This document shows positions 29,881-39,413 of a stretch of DNA of 64,000 bases, one piece after another. This DNA comes from Pseudothermotoga sp. GTDB lineage: Bacteria; Thermotogota; Thermotogae; Thermotogales; DSM-5069. The stretch lies in assembly GCA_031962025.1 (NCBI GenBank), contig JAVRKW010000004.1. The stretch is one strand, 5' to 3'. The position numbers and the translations under genes are program-made. Position 1 is the stretch's first letter, and the number at the start of each line of letters is the position of its first letter. Below the pieces are notes generated by a model that worked only from the letters and a program-made list of their open reading frames with translations, ran no database searches and was not told the origin of the DNA.

Positions 29881-31385
29881 CACTCTTTCAATTCTTTTAT
29901 CAGTTTTTCGAGCGTTCTTTTGACAAATTCTCTGTCTTTGTTCTGCCAAGGCAATCTGTTCAGAAAATCTTCGGCATAGCAATAAAAGGCATTTGTCATA
30001 TCCGGGTGATTGATTGCAAAAAGTCTGACGGGCGGATCTTTTTTGAAAACAGTGACACCGATCTGATCTTTCACAGAAACATGCACGTTGGTGTTTATGT
30101 TTTTTGAGCAGATGCATAGATGGTAATTGTTGTATTTTTCAGTGAGATAGAGCAGATATTCAAGATGCTCGATGTACTCTTTTGTTGAATAAAACAATTC
30201 TCTATCGGATGCGGGCATTTCAACGGACACCTTCCCGGCTTTGATGTGTTCAGCATCCGTTAATGCAAGTATATGAACACACACATTTTCTTTGAGATTT
30301 TTCTGAAAGAACGCAGATCTTTTTCTCCAGTGAGAGATGATTTGTTGATCGGACTGAATTTGGTTGCGCGTTAAGATCTTTTCAAGAACTTCTTCGGGCA
30401 TAGTGGCAAAAGGAAGCCCGTCTGTCATCATAAAAGATGGCGCAGACTGTTCTTCGAAATCTTCAAGGAGCGTAAACATTTCCTGTGAACCAACCTGCGG
30501 TATCTTCATCAGGGGACGGCATGTGCCCAGAAACTGTTTGTACTCTTCTTCAAGCAGTTCCACTATATTCTGTGCTGTTACAAGGAAATTCACCGTCTGC
30601 TGAAAGTTCTCCAGAGTCGAGCAGAAAAAAGCCGCAGTTTGTGGTATAACAAACAGTGTTCTTCTGAAATAATGCTCGCGGTACTTTGGATTGTAGTACG
30701 GTGTGACAGAACCGGTCATGTACAGCGGCAACCAGAAATCTATCGCGGCGAGCATTTCAGAGATGTCTCTGCTCATCGTGTGCACCATGTTTATTTTCCA
30801 GCCTTTTTTGGTGAGCTCAATCAAAGTTCCACCAAGCTGAAGCGCGTAGTTTCTATCAGAAAGAAACCAGTCTACACTTTCATCACTGTACAAAAGCAGT
30901 GTACTTATTTTGCTCGATTGCATGGCGAATGACAGAAATTTCATGACGCCTATTTGTTTTCCTTTGTTTGCATAGAAGATCTCAAAATCAACCTTTTGAC
31001 CTTCAATCGGCACGTTTAACTCGCCCATACCCGGCAGGGTTTTGAAAAGGGATATTTTGTTCAAAAATCCTCCGATCAGTTTTGTGTCTGGTATCGCCGT
31101 GTCTAATAACCATCCTGTCACTATCTGTACCAGTTCTTCTCTTTCAAGAGACTGCGGCGCACAGCCGGTGATCTCACATATAGCCAATTTTTGATGTTCC
31201 ATCTTGGCATGATCAACCACGTAAGAGGCTATCATCTCTATATAATGACTGTCCTTTGCCGGTGTTCTTGAGCCTGATCTCCACCGGCTCACCAGCGAGG
31301 GATCGACCGAGAGTGCCTTTGCGAGCGCGTTGTTTGTGATGTTGAGAACATTCATCAACAAGCTCAATCTTCTGGCAAAATCCAT
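29880..31385 (-). CDS. XRE-family HTH regulator with large C-terminal domain
   Basis: N-terminal LAKALSVDPSLVSRWRSGSRTP HTH; about 420 aa uncharacterised C-terminus. Confidence 0.8.
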   Translation of the reverse strand: MDFARRLSLLMNVLNITNNALAKALSVDPSLVSRWRSGSRTPAKDSHYIEMIASYVVDHAKMEHQKLAICEITGCAPQSLEREELVQIVTGWLLDTAIPDTKLIGGFLNKISLFKTLPGMGELNVPIEGQKVDFEIFYANKGKQIGVMKFLSFAMQSSKISTLLLYSDESVDWFLSDRNYALQLGGTLIELTKKGWKINMVHTMSRDISEMLAAIDFWLPLYMTGSVTPYYNPKYREHYFRRTLFVIPQTAAFFCSTLENFQQTVNFLVTAQNIVELLEEEYKQFLGTCRPLMKIPQVGSQEMFTLLEDFEEQSAPSFMMTDGLPFATMPEEVLEKILTRNQIQSDQQIISHWRKRSAFFQKNLKENVCVHILALTDAEHIKAGKVSVEMPASDRELFYSTKEYIEHLEYLLYLTEKYNNYHLCICSKNINTNVHVSVKDQIGVTVFKKDPPVRLFAINHPDMTNAFYCYAEDFLNRLPWQNKDREFVKRTLEKLIKELKE

Positions 31386-31428
31386 CTAACCCCCCCTTCA
31401 ATACCTTTATAGCACAAATTTGATTTTC

Positions 31429-31462
31429 TGTCACGGTGACATGACAAAAATTGTCAATGACA
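31429..31462. promoter_or_regulatory. Cluster of five TGACA/TGTCA half-sites, probable operator
   Basis: TGTCAC-G-GTGACA-TGACA-AAAAT-TGTCA-A-TGACA in the divergent intergenic region. Confidence 0.55.
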
Positions 31463-31534
31463 CAGTTCGATCAAGGTGAATTTTTTTGCTCGATCGGGTA
31501 TACAGTAAAACCACAGGGTGAAAGGACAGGGACT

Positions 31535-31843
31535 ATGCCGAAAAGTTTTAACATAATGCTCAAAGTGAGTTTTTTCAAAAATGAACTGCACAGAATATCT
31601 TTTAAGGAAAAGAGCGTGGTGTTCACAAATCTGGAACAAAAATCCAAGAGCTTTTCTGTTGAACTGGATGACATAGACGGTGTTTATGTCTATGGTAATC
31701 CCATAAGAGAGATAGAGATAAGGACAAAAAACAGTATCATCATTGGAAATTTCAAATCTACAAGAACTTCAAACCATGCTCTGTCGATTTTGAAGGATGT
31801 CTTTAAAGAAAAACTCGCTCACATATACCAAGGGGGGATCTGA
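31535..31843 (+). CDS. Hypothetical protein, possible PH-like domain
   Basis: About 102 aa beta-rich with C-terminal helix; first gene of the operon. Confidence 0.55.
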   Translation: MPKSFNIMLKVSFFKNELHRISFKEKSVVFTNLEQKSKSFSVELDDIDGVYVYGNPIREIEIRTKNSIIIGNFKSTRTSNHALSILKDVFKEKLAHIYQGGI

Positions 31844-32425
31844 ATGACTCAGAACATGGTTGGTTTTTCAGAAAAGATCGGCGATCAGGCTTACGACAGG
31901 TACAGAAAATCTTCAAGAAAATGGTCTTACATCTTTTCCTTGATACTGGCGATCGTTGCCGTGGTCGCTTTTTCGGTCTATGGATCTGTCTCAAAAACCA
32001 TAGACTTTCCATACTCACTTCTCTACGGTGTTGCGATAGGCGGAATGTTTGTGATGATAGCAACACTGCAGGATCTGAAAAGAAGAAAAGATACCACGTG
32101 GGAAGGAAAGGTAATAGACAAAAAGACCTATCAGAAGACGGAGGTACGAAATGTCGGAGGAATAAGGAAAACATATCGCTACACCCTGTACGTTCTGAAG
32201 GTGATGCGTCAGGATGGAAAGGTTTACACGCACAAATTCAGGGACAATTCCACCGTGTTTGACTATTATCAGATAGGAGATGCTGTTAAACACCACAGGG
32301 GATTGTATCTTTATGAGAAATACGACAAATCGAAAGACTCACAGATTTTGTGTGTAGCCTGCGGGACTTTCAACGATATCCACGACGATTTTTGCAAACA
32401 CTGCAAAGTACCGCTTTTGAAGTAG
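31844..32425 (+). CDS. Two-TM membrane protein with OB-like domain and C-terminal zinc ribbon
   Basis: Two hydrophobic segments, WEGKVIDK strand, CVACG...CKHC. Confidence 0.75.
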   Translation: MTQNMVGFSEKIGDQAYDRYRKSSRKWSYIFSLILAIVAVVAFSVYGSVSKTIDFPYSLLYGVAIGGMFVMIATLQDLKRRKDTTWEGKVIDKKTYQKTEVRNVGGIRKTYRYTLYVLKVMRQDGKVYTHKFRDNSTVFDYYQIGDAVKHHRGLYLYEKYDKSKDSQILCVACGTFNDIHDDFCKHCKVPLLK

Positions 32426-32433
32426 GTGATTTG

Positions 32434-32982
32434 ATGGAAAAGAAGATCTCTTTTGGTTCGATCCTGCCGATGATGTTCAACCCGGCGGCTTTCTTACAGA
32501 ACTATTTTGACAGAATGAATCTGATTTTCTCGATGCTCATAAGCGGGCTTGGCTTTGGATTGTTCTTTTTGCAAACGGGTTTTGATCTTTATAAAACCGG
32601 TCAGAAACCGCTTAACTTCGCATACACGATCGGCGGTGTGGGGTTTTTGTATGGAGCATTGATAATACCGTTCTTTGGGGTGCTGCTGTGGATTTTTCTG
32701 AAGATCGCAAGATCAAAATCCACTTTCAAACAGACTATCTGTGCGGTCTGTCTTTCTTACAGCGGTCTTTTCATTTATTCGATCTTTGGCTTGATCTTCT
32801 CGTTTTTATTCAACTGGAGAACTTCGATGGCTTTTGGAGCAACCGGTGCTGTGTGGTCCATAGGTGCGCTGATTGGGACGATCAAACAGTTGAGCGGTGG
32901 CAAAACCGGTCTTTCGATTTTTCTTTCCACCGTGTTTGGAACGATCGTTTTGTTCAGTTGGTATTATGTGGGAAACATCTGA
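32434..32982 (+). CDS. Yip1-like five-TM membrane protein
   Basis: MMFNPAAF N-terminal motif, about 5 TM segments, FKQTI..V.LSY. Confidence 0.65.
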   Translation: MEKKISFGSILPMMFNPAAFLQNYFDRMNLIFSMLISGLGFGLFFLQTGFDLYKTGQKPLNFAYTIGGVGFLYGALIIPFFGVLLWIFLKIARSKSTFKQTICAVCLSYSGLFIYSIFGLIFSFLFNWRTSMAFGATGAVWSIGALIGTIKQLSGGKTGLSIFLSTVFGTIVLFSWYYVGNI

Positions 32983-32985
32983 GGG

Positions 32986-35751
32986 GTGATTTTTCTGAAA
33001 AAATTACTCACATTACTTTTTTTTACAATCACTGTCAGTTTTTTCGCAAATCAGGTGTACGAAAAAGTCATCTTCAAAAGCGGTAGCTGGTTGATAGACC
33101 AGCAGGATTTTGAAGGAAAACAGATTCTTGTGATCAGGCACGAGGGCGGTATCGATTTACTGCGCGTCATACCTGAACAGCGAAAGGATTCTGTGAGTTT
33201 CAGCATCGATTCTGACATTGTCCTGAGGTCTGTCTACCTTGCATGTGAGGATGCAAAGAGCCAGAAAATAACCATAGAGGGTCAAGGAAAAACCTTTGGA
33301 CCTTATCAGACTGCCAGGATGGAGGGCGGTGAATACATTTTCGAGCCTGACACAGAAATCGTTTTGAAAAAAGGCAGTTATGTGATCAAATTTTCAGATC
33401 CATCGATTCTGATTCACGATCCCATCACTGGTCCAGCCGTGGTTGTAACGGGGATCGATGCTGAGCTTTACAAATCTTCTTTGAAGCAAAACGACGAAGA
33501 AGAATCGATCGTGGCTGGTCAAAGCACGCTTTTAGAAAATAAACCAGCTCAAAAACTTGGTACCATACCGCAGAGCCAGAAAAAACCCATACAGTTCACC
33601 ATAGAAGAGGGTATCCTGATCGAGCAGATGGCGATAGATCTGATCTCAAAGCCAGTTGATCTGCCGAAAACTTTCATCGTCATTTACGATAAGAGCAACA
33701 GATCCTATGGTCCTTATTATGTCAAAGAGCTGGATGATGAAAACATGATCATCTTCTTTGAGCCTATGGTTGCTTTAAAGCCAGATACCTACACGGTGAG
33801 AATGTCAGATGAATCTGCGATCAACTACGACAGAGACGGCAGACCCATATACGCACTGAAGTCGTTCGAGTATTTTGATTTCACGGGGACTTACAAGATG
33901 AATTTCAAGGTCACAAGGGTGAGAACTCTGAAGGGTGCGTCTGAAAAGACAACACTCGATGTGAAACTGTTTGAAGTTGGATTGATAGATCACGGTGATT
34001 TCATCGAGCTGGTTGGAAAGATAGATCTTGCAGAGGTTGTGAACATCTTGCAGGAACAGACAGGAAGAAAGATCAGTGCGAGCTATGAAGGACAGGTCTT
34101 TCCATTTTCTCAGGCATGTGAGATAGTTGAAAGATCAAAAGAATCTGTGAAATGCAGGTTTTCTTTGCGGTTTAACTTCACAAACATGCCTATCGTGAAC
34201 AGATTCATATTCGGGGAGGCAAACGCGCTTGTGGTGATGACCTTCAGCACCCGTCCGGGGCTCGCACCCGGTGTGACTATATCAGGCAGTGCGAAATATT
34301 TGAGGACATATGATCCGCACCTTGGAACTGATATTAATGACTATGTAATCAGCGGTGATGGGTACAGAGTATTGGAAAAACTACCGGCTTTTGTCATCAA
34401 CGCGATGAGCAAAAATTTTGCAAGCGCTGGAAACATACCAGGACCGGGCTCTGCAGAGCAAGCTGCAACAGGTTTGCTTTTCCCACCATTGATAGCAGCC
34501 ATTGGCTATGCACTGCAGGAGCTTTTAAAACCAAAACCGGGTGGAGTTTCACAGGTGTTTGCTGACTACACGCGCGCGGCAAGAGGAGCAGCACGCAGGG
34601 CGGCAGCAAGAGAAGCAGCTAAAGATTCGTCTTCTGTCTCGCAGGAAGCTTCTGAACCTGTTGAAGAAGAATTTGAAGAAGAGGAATTTGAAGAAGAACA
34701 GCAAGAACCTGAACAAACCTATGAAGAAGCTCAACAGGAAGTTCAAAAAGAAACTTCTGAACCCAGGCAGGAACAGCCACAGGAACAGACAAAACAGCCT
34801 GCACCGGTCACTCTCACCGTGGTTGCTGATCACACAGGAAGAACCAAAGAGGTAACGTACGATCCAGAAACAGATCAGTGGATAACAGAGGACGGGAACC
34901 TGTTCAACTGGGAAGTTTATGAGAAAATCGTTCTTCCAAATCTGGAAAAAGACAGAGCATGGATAGAAAAACAAAGAGAAAAGATGATGGAACCAACCAG
35001 GATAGAATCAGAGCCAAGCGAGAAGGAAAAATACATACAAAATCTTGAGAAAAAATACGGTGTGAGTAGACAAAATCTAAGAGAGCATATATCAAAAGAT
35101 ATAGATGAAAATCTGGGAGCCTTCCAGAAATTCAAAAATAACGCTGACTGGTATGACAGTGCGTACAAAGTTGCAAAAGGTACTCAGATAATTGCAGACA
35201 ACGCAATCGACGGTCTTGCTGCCTGCACAGGTGTATACGGAAAATCTGTGAGAGCTGTTTACAAGGCAGCCAAGGCGTTCGTGCCGGACGAAGATGGAAA
35301 AGGTATAACATTCGGCAAAGCCATTGAGACAGGAGCTGATATAGCAAGTGATTTCATACCATTTTCTTCTCCATGGAAAGAAGCGGCGTTCAAAACGGCA
35401 GGTGCCGCGATCGGCGGCGGAGTGGATGAAGGCTGGAAAGGATTTGGCAAAAAGCTCGTTGAATCAGGTGTAAGCAACTCTTTTGAAGCCTTTGCAAAGA
35501 CCATAGGTGGAAAAGGCTATGGCGATGATGTGAGCAGTTTTAAATCCAAATGGTGGAACCCTGAGATGTCAAATCTGATGATTCCTACTGGATCGAGCAA
35601 GAACGTTGGTTTGCTGACATCGTCTTCTGGTAAAGATATTTCTGGATTGGTCAGCGGCAAAATAGTCAGAGAGATCAAACTACAGGGGACAAAAACGGCA
35701 GCCGCATTCACTTCTGAAATGTACGTAAAACCCTGGATAAGCGGCGATTGA
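32986..35751 (+). CDS. Large single-pass membrane protein of unknown function
   Basis: 921 aa; signal peptide, repeated beta domains, TM near aa 495-512, acidic linker, Gly/Ala-rich helical C-terminus. Confidence 0.8.
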   Translation: MIFLKKLLTLLFFTITVSFFANQVYEKVIFKSGSWLIDQQDFEGKQILVIRHEGGIDLLRVIPEQRKDSVSFSIDSDIVLRSVYLACEDAKSQKITIEGQGKTFGPYQTARMEGGEYIFEPDTEIVLKKGSYVIKFSDPSILIHDPITGPAVVVTGIDAELYKSSLKQNDEEESIVAGQSTLLENKPAQKLGTIPQSQKKPIQFTIEEGILIEQMAIDLISKPVDLPKTFIVIYDKSNRSYGPYYVKELDDENMIIFFEPMVALKPDTYTVRMSDESAINYDRDGRPIYALKSFEYFDFTGTYKMNFKVTRVRTLKGASEKTTLDVKLFEVGLIDHGDFIELVGKIDLAEVVNILQEQTGRKISASYEGQVFPFSQACEIVERSKESVKCRFSLRFNFTNMPIVNRFIFGEANALVVMTFSTRPGLAPGVTISGSAKYLRTYDPHLGTDINDYVISGDGYRVLEKLPAFVINAMSKNFASAGNIPGPGSAEQAATGLLFPPLIAAIGYALQELLKPKPGGVSQVFADYTRAARGAARRAAAREAAKDSSSVSQEASEPVEEEFEEEEFEEEQQEPEQTYEEAQQEVQKETSEPRQEQPQEQTKQPAPVTLTVVADHTGRTKEVTYDPETDQWITEDGNLFNWEVYEKIVLPNLEKDRAWIEKQREKMMEPTRIESEPSEKEKYIQNLEKKYGVSRQNLREHISKDIDENLGAFQKFKNNADWYDSAYKVAKGTQIIADNAIDGLAACTGVYGKSVRAVYKAAKAFVPDEDGKGITFGKAIETGADIASDFIPFSSPWKEAAFKTAGAAIGGGVDEGWKGFGKKLVESGVSNSFEAFAKTIGGKGYGDDVSSFKSKWWNPEMSNLMIPTGSSKNVGLLTSSSGKDISGLVSGKIVREIKLQGTKTAAAFTSEMYVKPWISGD

Positions 35752-35765
35752 AAGGGGAGTTTTCG

Positions 35766-36680
35766 ATGAGGCTCACTTTAGAAGAGATCAGCTATCTTGG
35801 AAAGATGCTCAAAGAAAAGAACGAGATAGGACTTTTTTCAAATATCAATGTTCCATTAAAGGGAGATGAAGAAAAATCTCTGATCAAAAAAGGTGTTCTT
35901 GATGAGAAAGGCTTTGTCATTGGAATGGACGAATTTTTGAGAATAATTTCCGTGCCCGAAAGAGTCTGCAGATTTGTGGCGCAGGTCGGTTACATGGTGG
36001 TTGAAAAATACAGTTACTGGAAAGACGGCAGGACGGTGCTTGCACAGAACAGCGAAGGTGTTTTTGTCTTTTCCATAGACAGCGATCTGAGAGCTGTCAG
36101 GGGTCAGTTGATAGACCTTTACGGCGGCTCAGATCTGAAAACAACAACTGTATCTTTTCAGATGTCCACAGATGAACTGATGACTTTTGCGGCTCTGGTT
36201 GACCTTTACAGAAAACAGGAGCTGTTGAGCTATCTTTCTATAGGTCAGCCAAAAGACTCTTTTTCATTTCAGGAACTTGAGCAGTATATCCAAAAACCGA
36301 TGAAAAATGGTTTTATGAGTTTTTTGCAGAACAACTTCAGCAACTTTTCAAAGACTTTTGATTTAAAAGCGACGGTTTCTGAACTTGTGAAAAAATCTGT
36401 TCTGCTTGATAGTGAAGAGTTGAGTTTCAATTTTGAACCGATGATTTTTGCGAAAAACTTCCTTTTGGTTCATTCTGTTTCTCTTCTTGAGGTTTTCAAC
36501 CTGAAAAACGGCACGATGGCTGTTTCTTCGACGATTTTTCTCAATGCGGGCGTTCATGATGTGCTCAGAATTCAGCTTTTAAATAAAGGTACAGATCTTT
36601 CCACAATCACATCAAGACAGCAGATAGACGAGATTGTCTGGGCTCTTGGCTGTCCAGAGCTGACAGCTCAGCAGGATTGA
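35766..36680 (+). CDS. Hypothetical cytoplasmic protein with two-fold internal similarity
   Basis: ATG after GGGGAG; LTLEE...LIKKGVL echoed by MSTDE...LVKKSVL. Confidence 0.7.
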   Translation: MRLTLEEISYLGKMLKEKNEIGLFSNINVPLKGDEEKSLIKKGVLDEKGFVIGMDEFLRIISVPERVCRFVAQVGYMVVEKYSYWKDGRTVLAQNSEGVFVFSIDSDLRAVRGQLIDLYGGSDLKTTTVSFQMSTDELMTFAALVDLYRKQELLSYLSIGQPKDSFSFQELEQYIQKPMKNGFMSFLQNNFSNFSKTFDLKATVSELVKKSVLLDSEELSFNFEPMIFAKNFLLVHSVSLLEVFNLKNGTMAVSSTIFLNAGVHDVLRIQLLNKGTDLSTITSRQQIDEIVWALGCPELTAQQD

Positions 36681-36684
36681 GGAG

Positions 36685-37248
36685 ATGGTTTTGTTGAACG
36701 AGAATATTCTGAAATTTTCAGCTTTGAAGGCTTTTTTCAGAATAGTCGGTTTTGGCTTGATTGGTTTTGTGGTTTTCTCAAAACCGTTGAAAGATGTGAC
36801 GGCTCTGAACGCACTGTTCAGCACAGCGATGGGCATTTTCTTTGGAGGTGCGTACAGGCTGTTTTTGATCTGGTTTTTGAAGCCATTCAACAGAGATCTG
36901 AAGGAAAAGTACGGGAAAAAGGCTGTCAAAAAAGCCTTGGAGAATGGGCTTGTGTATATCTTTCCGTTCTCACTGATCGCGTTTTTTTCAAGGTTTGTGC
37001 TTGGAATATCGATTGCAACGGCACTGTTTTCAAGTGCACTGCTCATAAGTGCGTTTTCTGGTGCAAATTCCATAAATTCACTGAGAGAAAAACCGCGTGC
37101 TTCTAACATAGTCGTTGCTTTCATAATAAGCTTTGTCTTTTCGACTGCCTGGATTTATTATTCGTCGTTTGCATCAAAAATTCCAGAGTACACAGAAAGC
37201 GGTATAAAACTTCTGTACATGTTTTTGACCGGTGCTTTTAAAATTTAA
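36685..37248 (+). CDS. Hypothetical multi-TM membrane protein
   Basis: 187 aa, about 5 hydrophobic segments; operonic spacing. Confidence 0.7.
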   Translation: MVLLNENILKFSALKAFFRIVGFGLIGFVVFSKPLKDVTALNALFSTAMGIFFGGAYRLFLIWFLKPFNRDLKEKYGKKAVKKALENGLVYIFPFSLIAFFSRFVLGISIATALFSSALLISAFSGANSINSLREKPRASNIVVAFIISFVFSTAWIYYSSFASKIPEYTESGIKLLYMFLTGAFKI

Positions 37249-37249
37249 A

Positions 37250-38353
37250 TTAATGCCGATCTAAGAGCGCTCTTTGAATCATCGGATCACTTATGCTGTA
37301 GAGTTTTTTCCCTTCTTGATAGCTGATCTGTAAAAATTCCATTTTTTGAAGCGAAGTGAGAATGTTGCTGAGCGTTTGATCTGTTATGGAACCAAATCGG
37401 GCTGTGATGACATCCTTTATCTGACTGAAAGTTTCCGCACCGGAGCAAACGGCTTTCAGTACAAATATGTAGTTTTCAGATCTCAGCCTGAGTGAATCAA
37501 GCTCTTTTTTAACCATCTCTATGGCTGATTTCTCCGTTTCTCTCAGGGCATTTTCCCAATTTCTGGTTGTATAGACTACATGTCCATACATTGAAAGATA
37601 GCCTGTGATTCCATCCAGCAAATCAACAGCTTTTTCGATCTTTTCAATCACTGGTTCTATGCCAACTTGTTTGAATCCTTCAACAAGAAACTGTATGGAT
37701 TGAAATCTTTCAAATCTTTCAAGTGATACTTCGTGGACGTATCTTCCAAAAAGCGGTGAATTCGCATCCTGTAAGTTCAAAAAATCGTGCAACACACCAA
37801 CTTCCGAACCTGTCAGTACAACGATTATATTCTCGAGATTGTCGTATATGTGTGCCATTAGATTGAGCAGGTCTTTTCCACCTCTGCCGTAAAATCTCAG
37901 CACCTGAGCTTCATCAAAAGCGATGAACAGTTTTGAATTCTTCTTTTTCATTGCCTGGTTTATCAGCTCAAGATAATCAGATAAACAAAGATCTTTCTGG
38001 AGTTTTTCGAAGTTGAGCTCAACACCGCTCAGATTTATTTTTGTGAGCACTTTGAAGATCGATTTGTTTTTTTGGAGAATATTCTCAAGCTCAGACATGA
38101 GTTTTTTCTCAAAAGAAATCCTGTCGAATTTGTTTATCTTTTCATAGATTCTGCAATCTATGAAAACTGCTGAGTTTCCCTGATCTTTCATCTGGTTGAG
38201 AAAGACTTTCAGCACAGATGTCTTACCTATTCTTCTTACACCGGTTATGAGAATTATTCTGCCTGTTTTTGAGTACTCAACGAGTCTGGACAGTTCTTTT
38301 TCACGATCATAAAGATTTTCCCTACAGCTCTTTGGCGTCAATGAAAAGTACAT
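37250..38353 (-). CDS. Archaeal-type P-loop ATPase with C-terminal winged helix
   Basis: LYDREKEL, GVRRIGKTS, AFDEAQ, LTGSEVG, PLFGR; wHTH LSNILTSLQKMEFL...YSISDP. Confidence 0.85.
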   Translation of the reverse strand: MYFSLTPKSCRENLYDREKELSRLVEYSKTGRIILITGVRRIGKTSVLKVFLNQMKDQGNSAVFIDCRIYEKINKFDRISFEKKLMSELENILQKNKSIFKVLTKINLSGVELNFEKLQKDLCLSDYLELINQAMKKKNSKLFIAFDEAQVLRFYGRGGKDLLNLMAHIYDNLENIIVVLTGSEVGVLHDFLNLQDANSPLFGRYVHEVSLERFERFQSIQFLVEGFKQVGIEPVIEKIEKAVDLLDGITGYLSMYGHVVYTTRNWENALRETEKSAIEMVKKELDSLRLRSENYIFVLKAVCSGAETFSQIKDVITARFGSITDQTLSNILTSLQKMEFLQISYQEGKKLYSISDPMIQRALLDRH

Positions 38354-38390
38354 AACTCAACCCCCTTTGAGTAACTCAACCCCGTTTGAG
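38353..38390. repeat. Two tandem 19-bp palindromic repeats, probable operator
   Basis: TAACTCAACCCCCTTTGAG + TAACTCAACCCCGTTTGAG, between the ATPase start codon and an extended -10 (TGGTATAAT, minus strand, 38393-38401). Confidence 0.8.
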
Positions 38391-38459
38391 TAATTATACC
38401 ATTTCCATTTTAGGAGTACTCACTCGATATGCAGAAAGATTTTCTCAGGAGGGTAATAT

Positions 38460-39413
38460 TTGGCGGAAAAGCAAAAAAAGAAAGGCAGAATGAAAGCCTT
38501 TTTGAAAGTCATTATCATAGCTATTTTCGTGAGCTTCACGGTACTCGTGTACGGCTACTTTGTTTTTGAATACAATAGAATAAAAGGTCTTGCCACAAAT
38601 CCAATTGAAGATTGGAAAAGTTATTTTGCTTTTCTCCTTTCCAGGATTCCTTATGTGAACAAATACGTGAAGTACGAACCACTTGAGATACTCTCACCCT
38701 GGGAGTACTTTCAGGACATATCAAAAACAGCTTCTTTGAGAGCACAGCAAATACTCGAAGAAGCCAAAAAAGCAAAATCACAGACCGATGAACAGATGAA
38801 ATTACTCCAGGAACAGAGAAAAGTGATTTTGCAGATGAGAAAAAGCTGGGAAGATAAACTGCTTCAGGTTGAAATGGATTTGAAGAGGTTGCAAAACCCC
38901 GAGGATATCAAAAAAATAAGCGAGACGATTTCCAGTGCTGATCCAGCGGCAATTGCCCCTGTTCTGGCTAACGATGCGTACACGGTTGATTCCATAGCCG
39001 CGGCTCTGACAAACCTCTCATCTGATCTGAGAGCGGATGTTTTGGCTGAGCTTGGAAAGATAAACCCGGCAAAGGCGGCGCAGGTCATGAGTAAAATAGC
39101 CTCTGTTGAGGAAATTATCAAGAATCTGCAAGAAAAACAAAAACAACTGGATGAAAGACAAAAACAGTTAATAAGCGAGATGTCTTCACTGATCGATGCA
39201 AAAATCATCAAAGACCTTTCAGTGGAATTCTTAAACCAGTTCACGGATGAACAAATACTGCAGATGATAGATTCGCTCACACTGGATGAAAATTCCTTGA
39301 TGGTGATACTCTCAGCTCTCAAAGAAGAAAGATCAAAAGAACTGCTGAAAAAGTTGAAAGATCAAAAGCCAGAACTGTTTCAAAAATTGGTGTTAAAGGG
39401 GGTGAACCTATAA
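38460..39413 (+). CDS. Flagellar MotE/FlbB-like protein (MgtE N-terminal-like domain)
   Basis: N-terminal TM, coiled coil, DPAAIA...RADVL..INPAKAAQVM; directly upstream of fliK. Confidence 0.6.
   Translation: MAEKQKKKGRMKAFLKVIIIAIFVSFTVLVYGYFVFEYNRIKGLATNPIEDWKSYFAFLLSRIPYVNKYVKYEPLEILSPWEYFQDISKTASLRAQQILEEAKKAKSQTDEQMKLLQEQRKVILQMRKSWEDKLLQVEMDLKRLQNPEDIKKISETISSADPAAIAPVLANDAYTVDSIAAALTNLSSDLRADVLAELGKINPAKAAQVMSKIASVEEIIKNLQEKQKQLDERQKQLISEMSSLIDAKIIKDLSVEFLNQFTDEQILQMIDSLTLDENSLMVILSALKEERSKELLKKLKDQKPELFQKLVLKGVNL

Noticed and set aside
29881..30117. N-terminal extension of the Ppx ORF
   Set aside because: Overlaps the XRE gene; the family motif begins at ATG 29880
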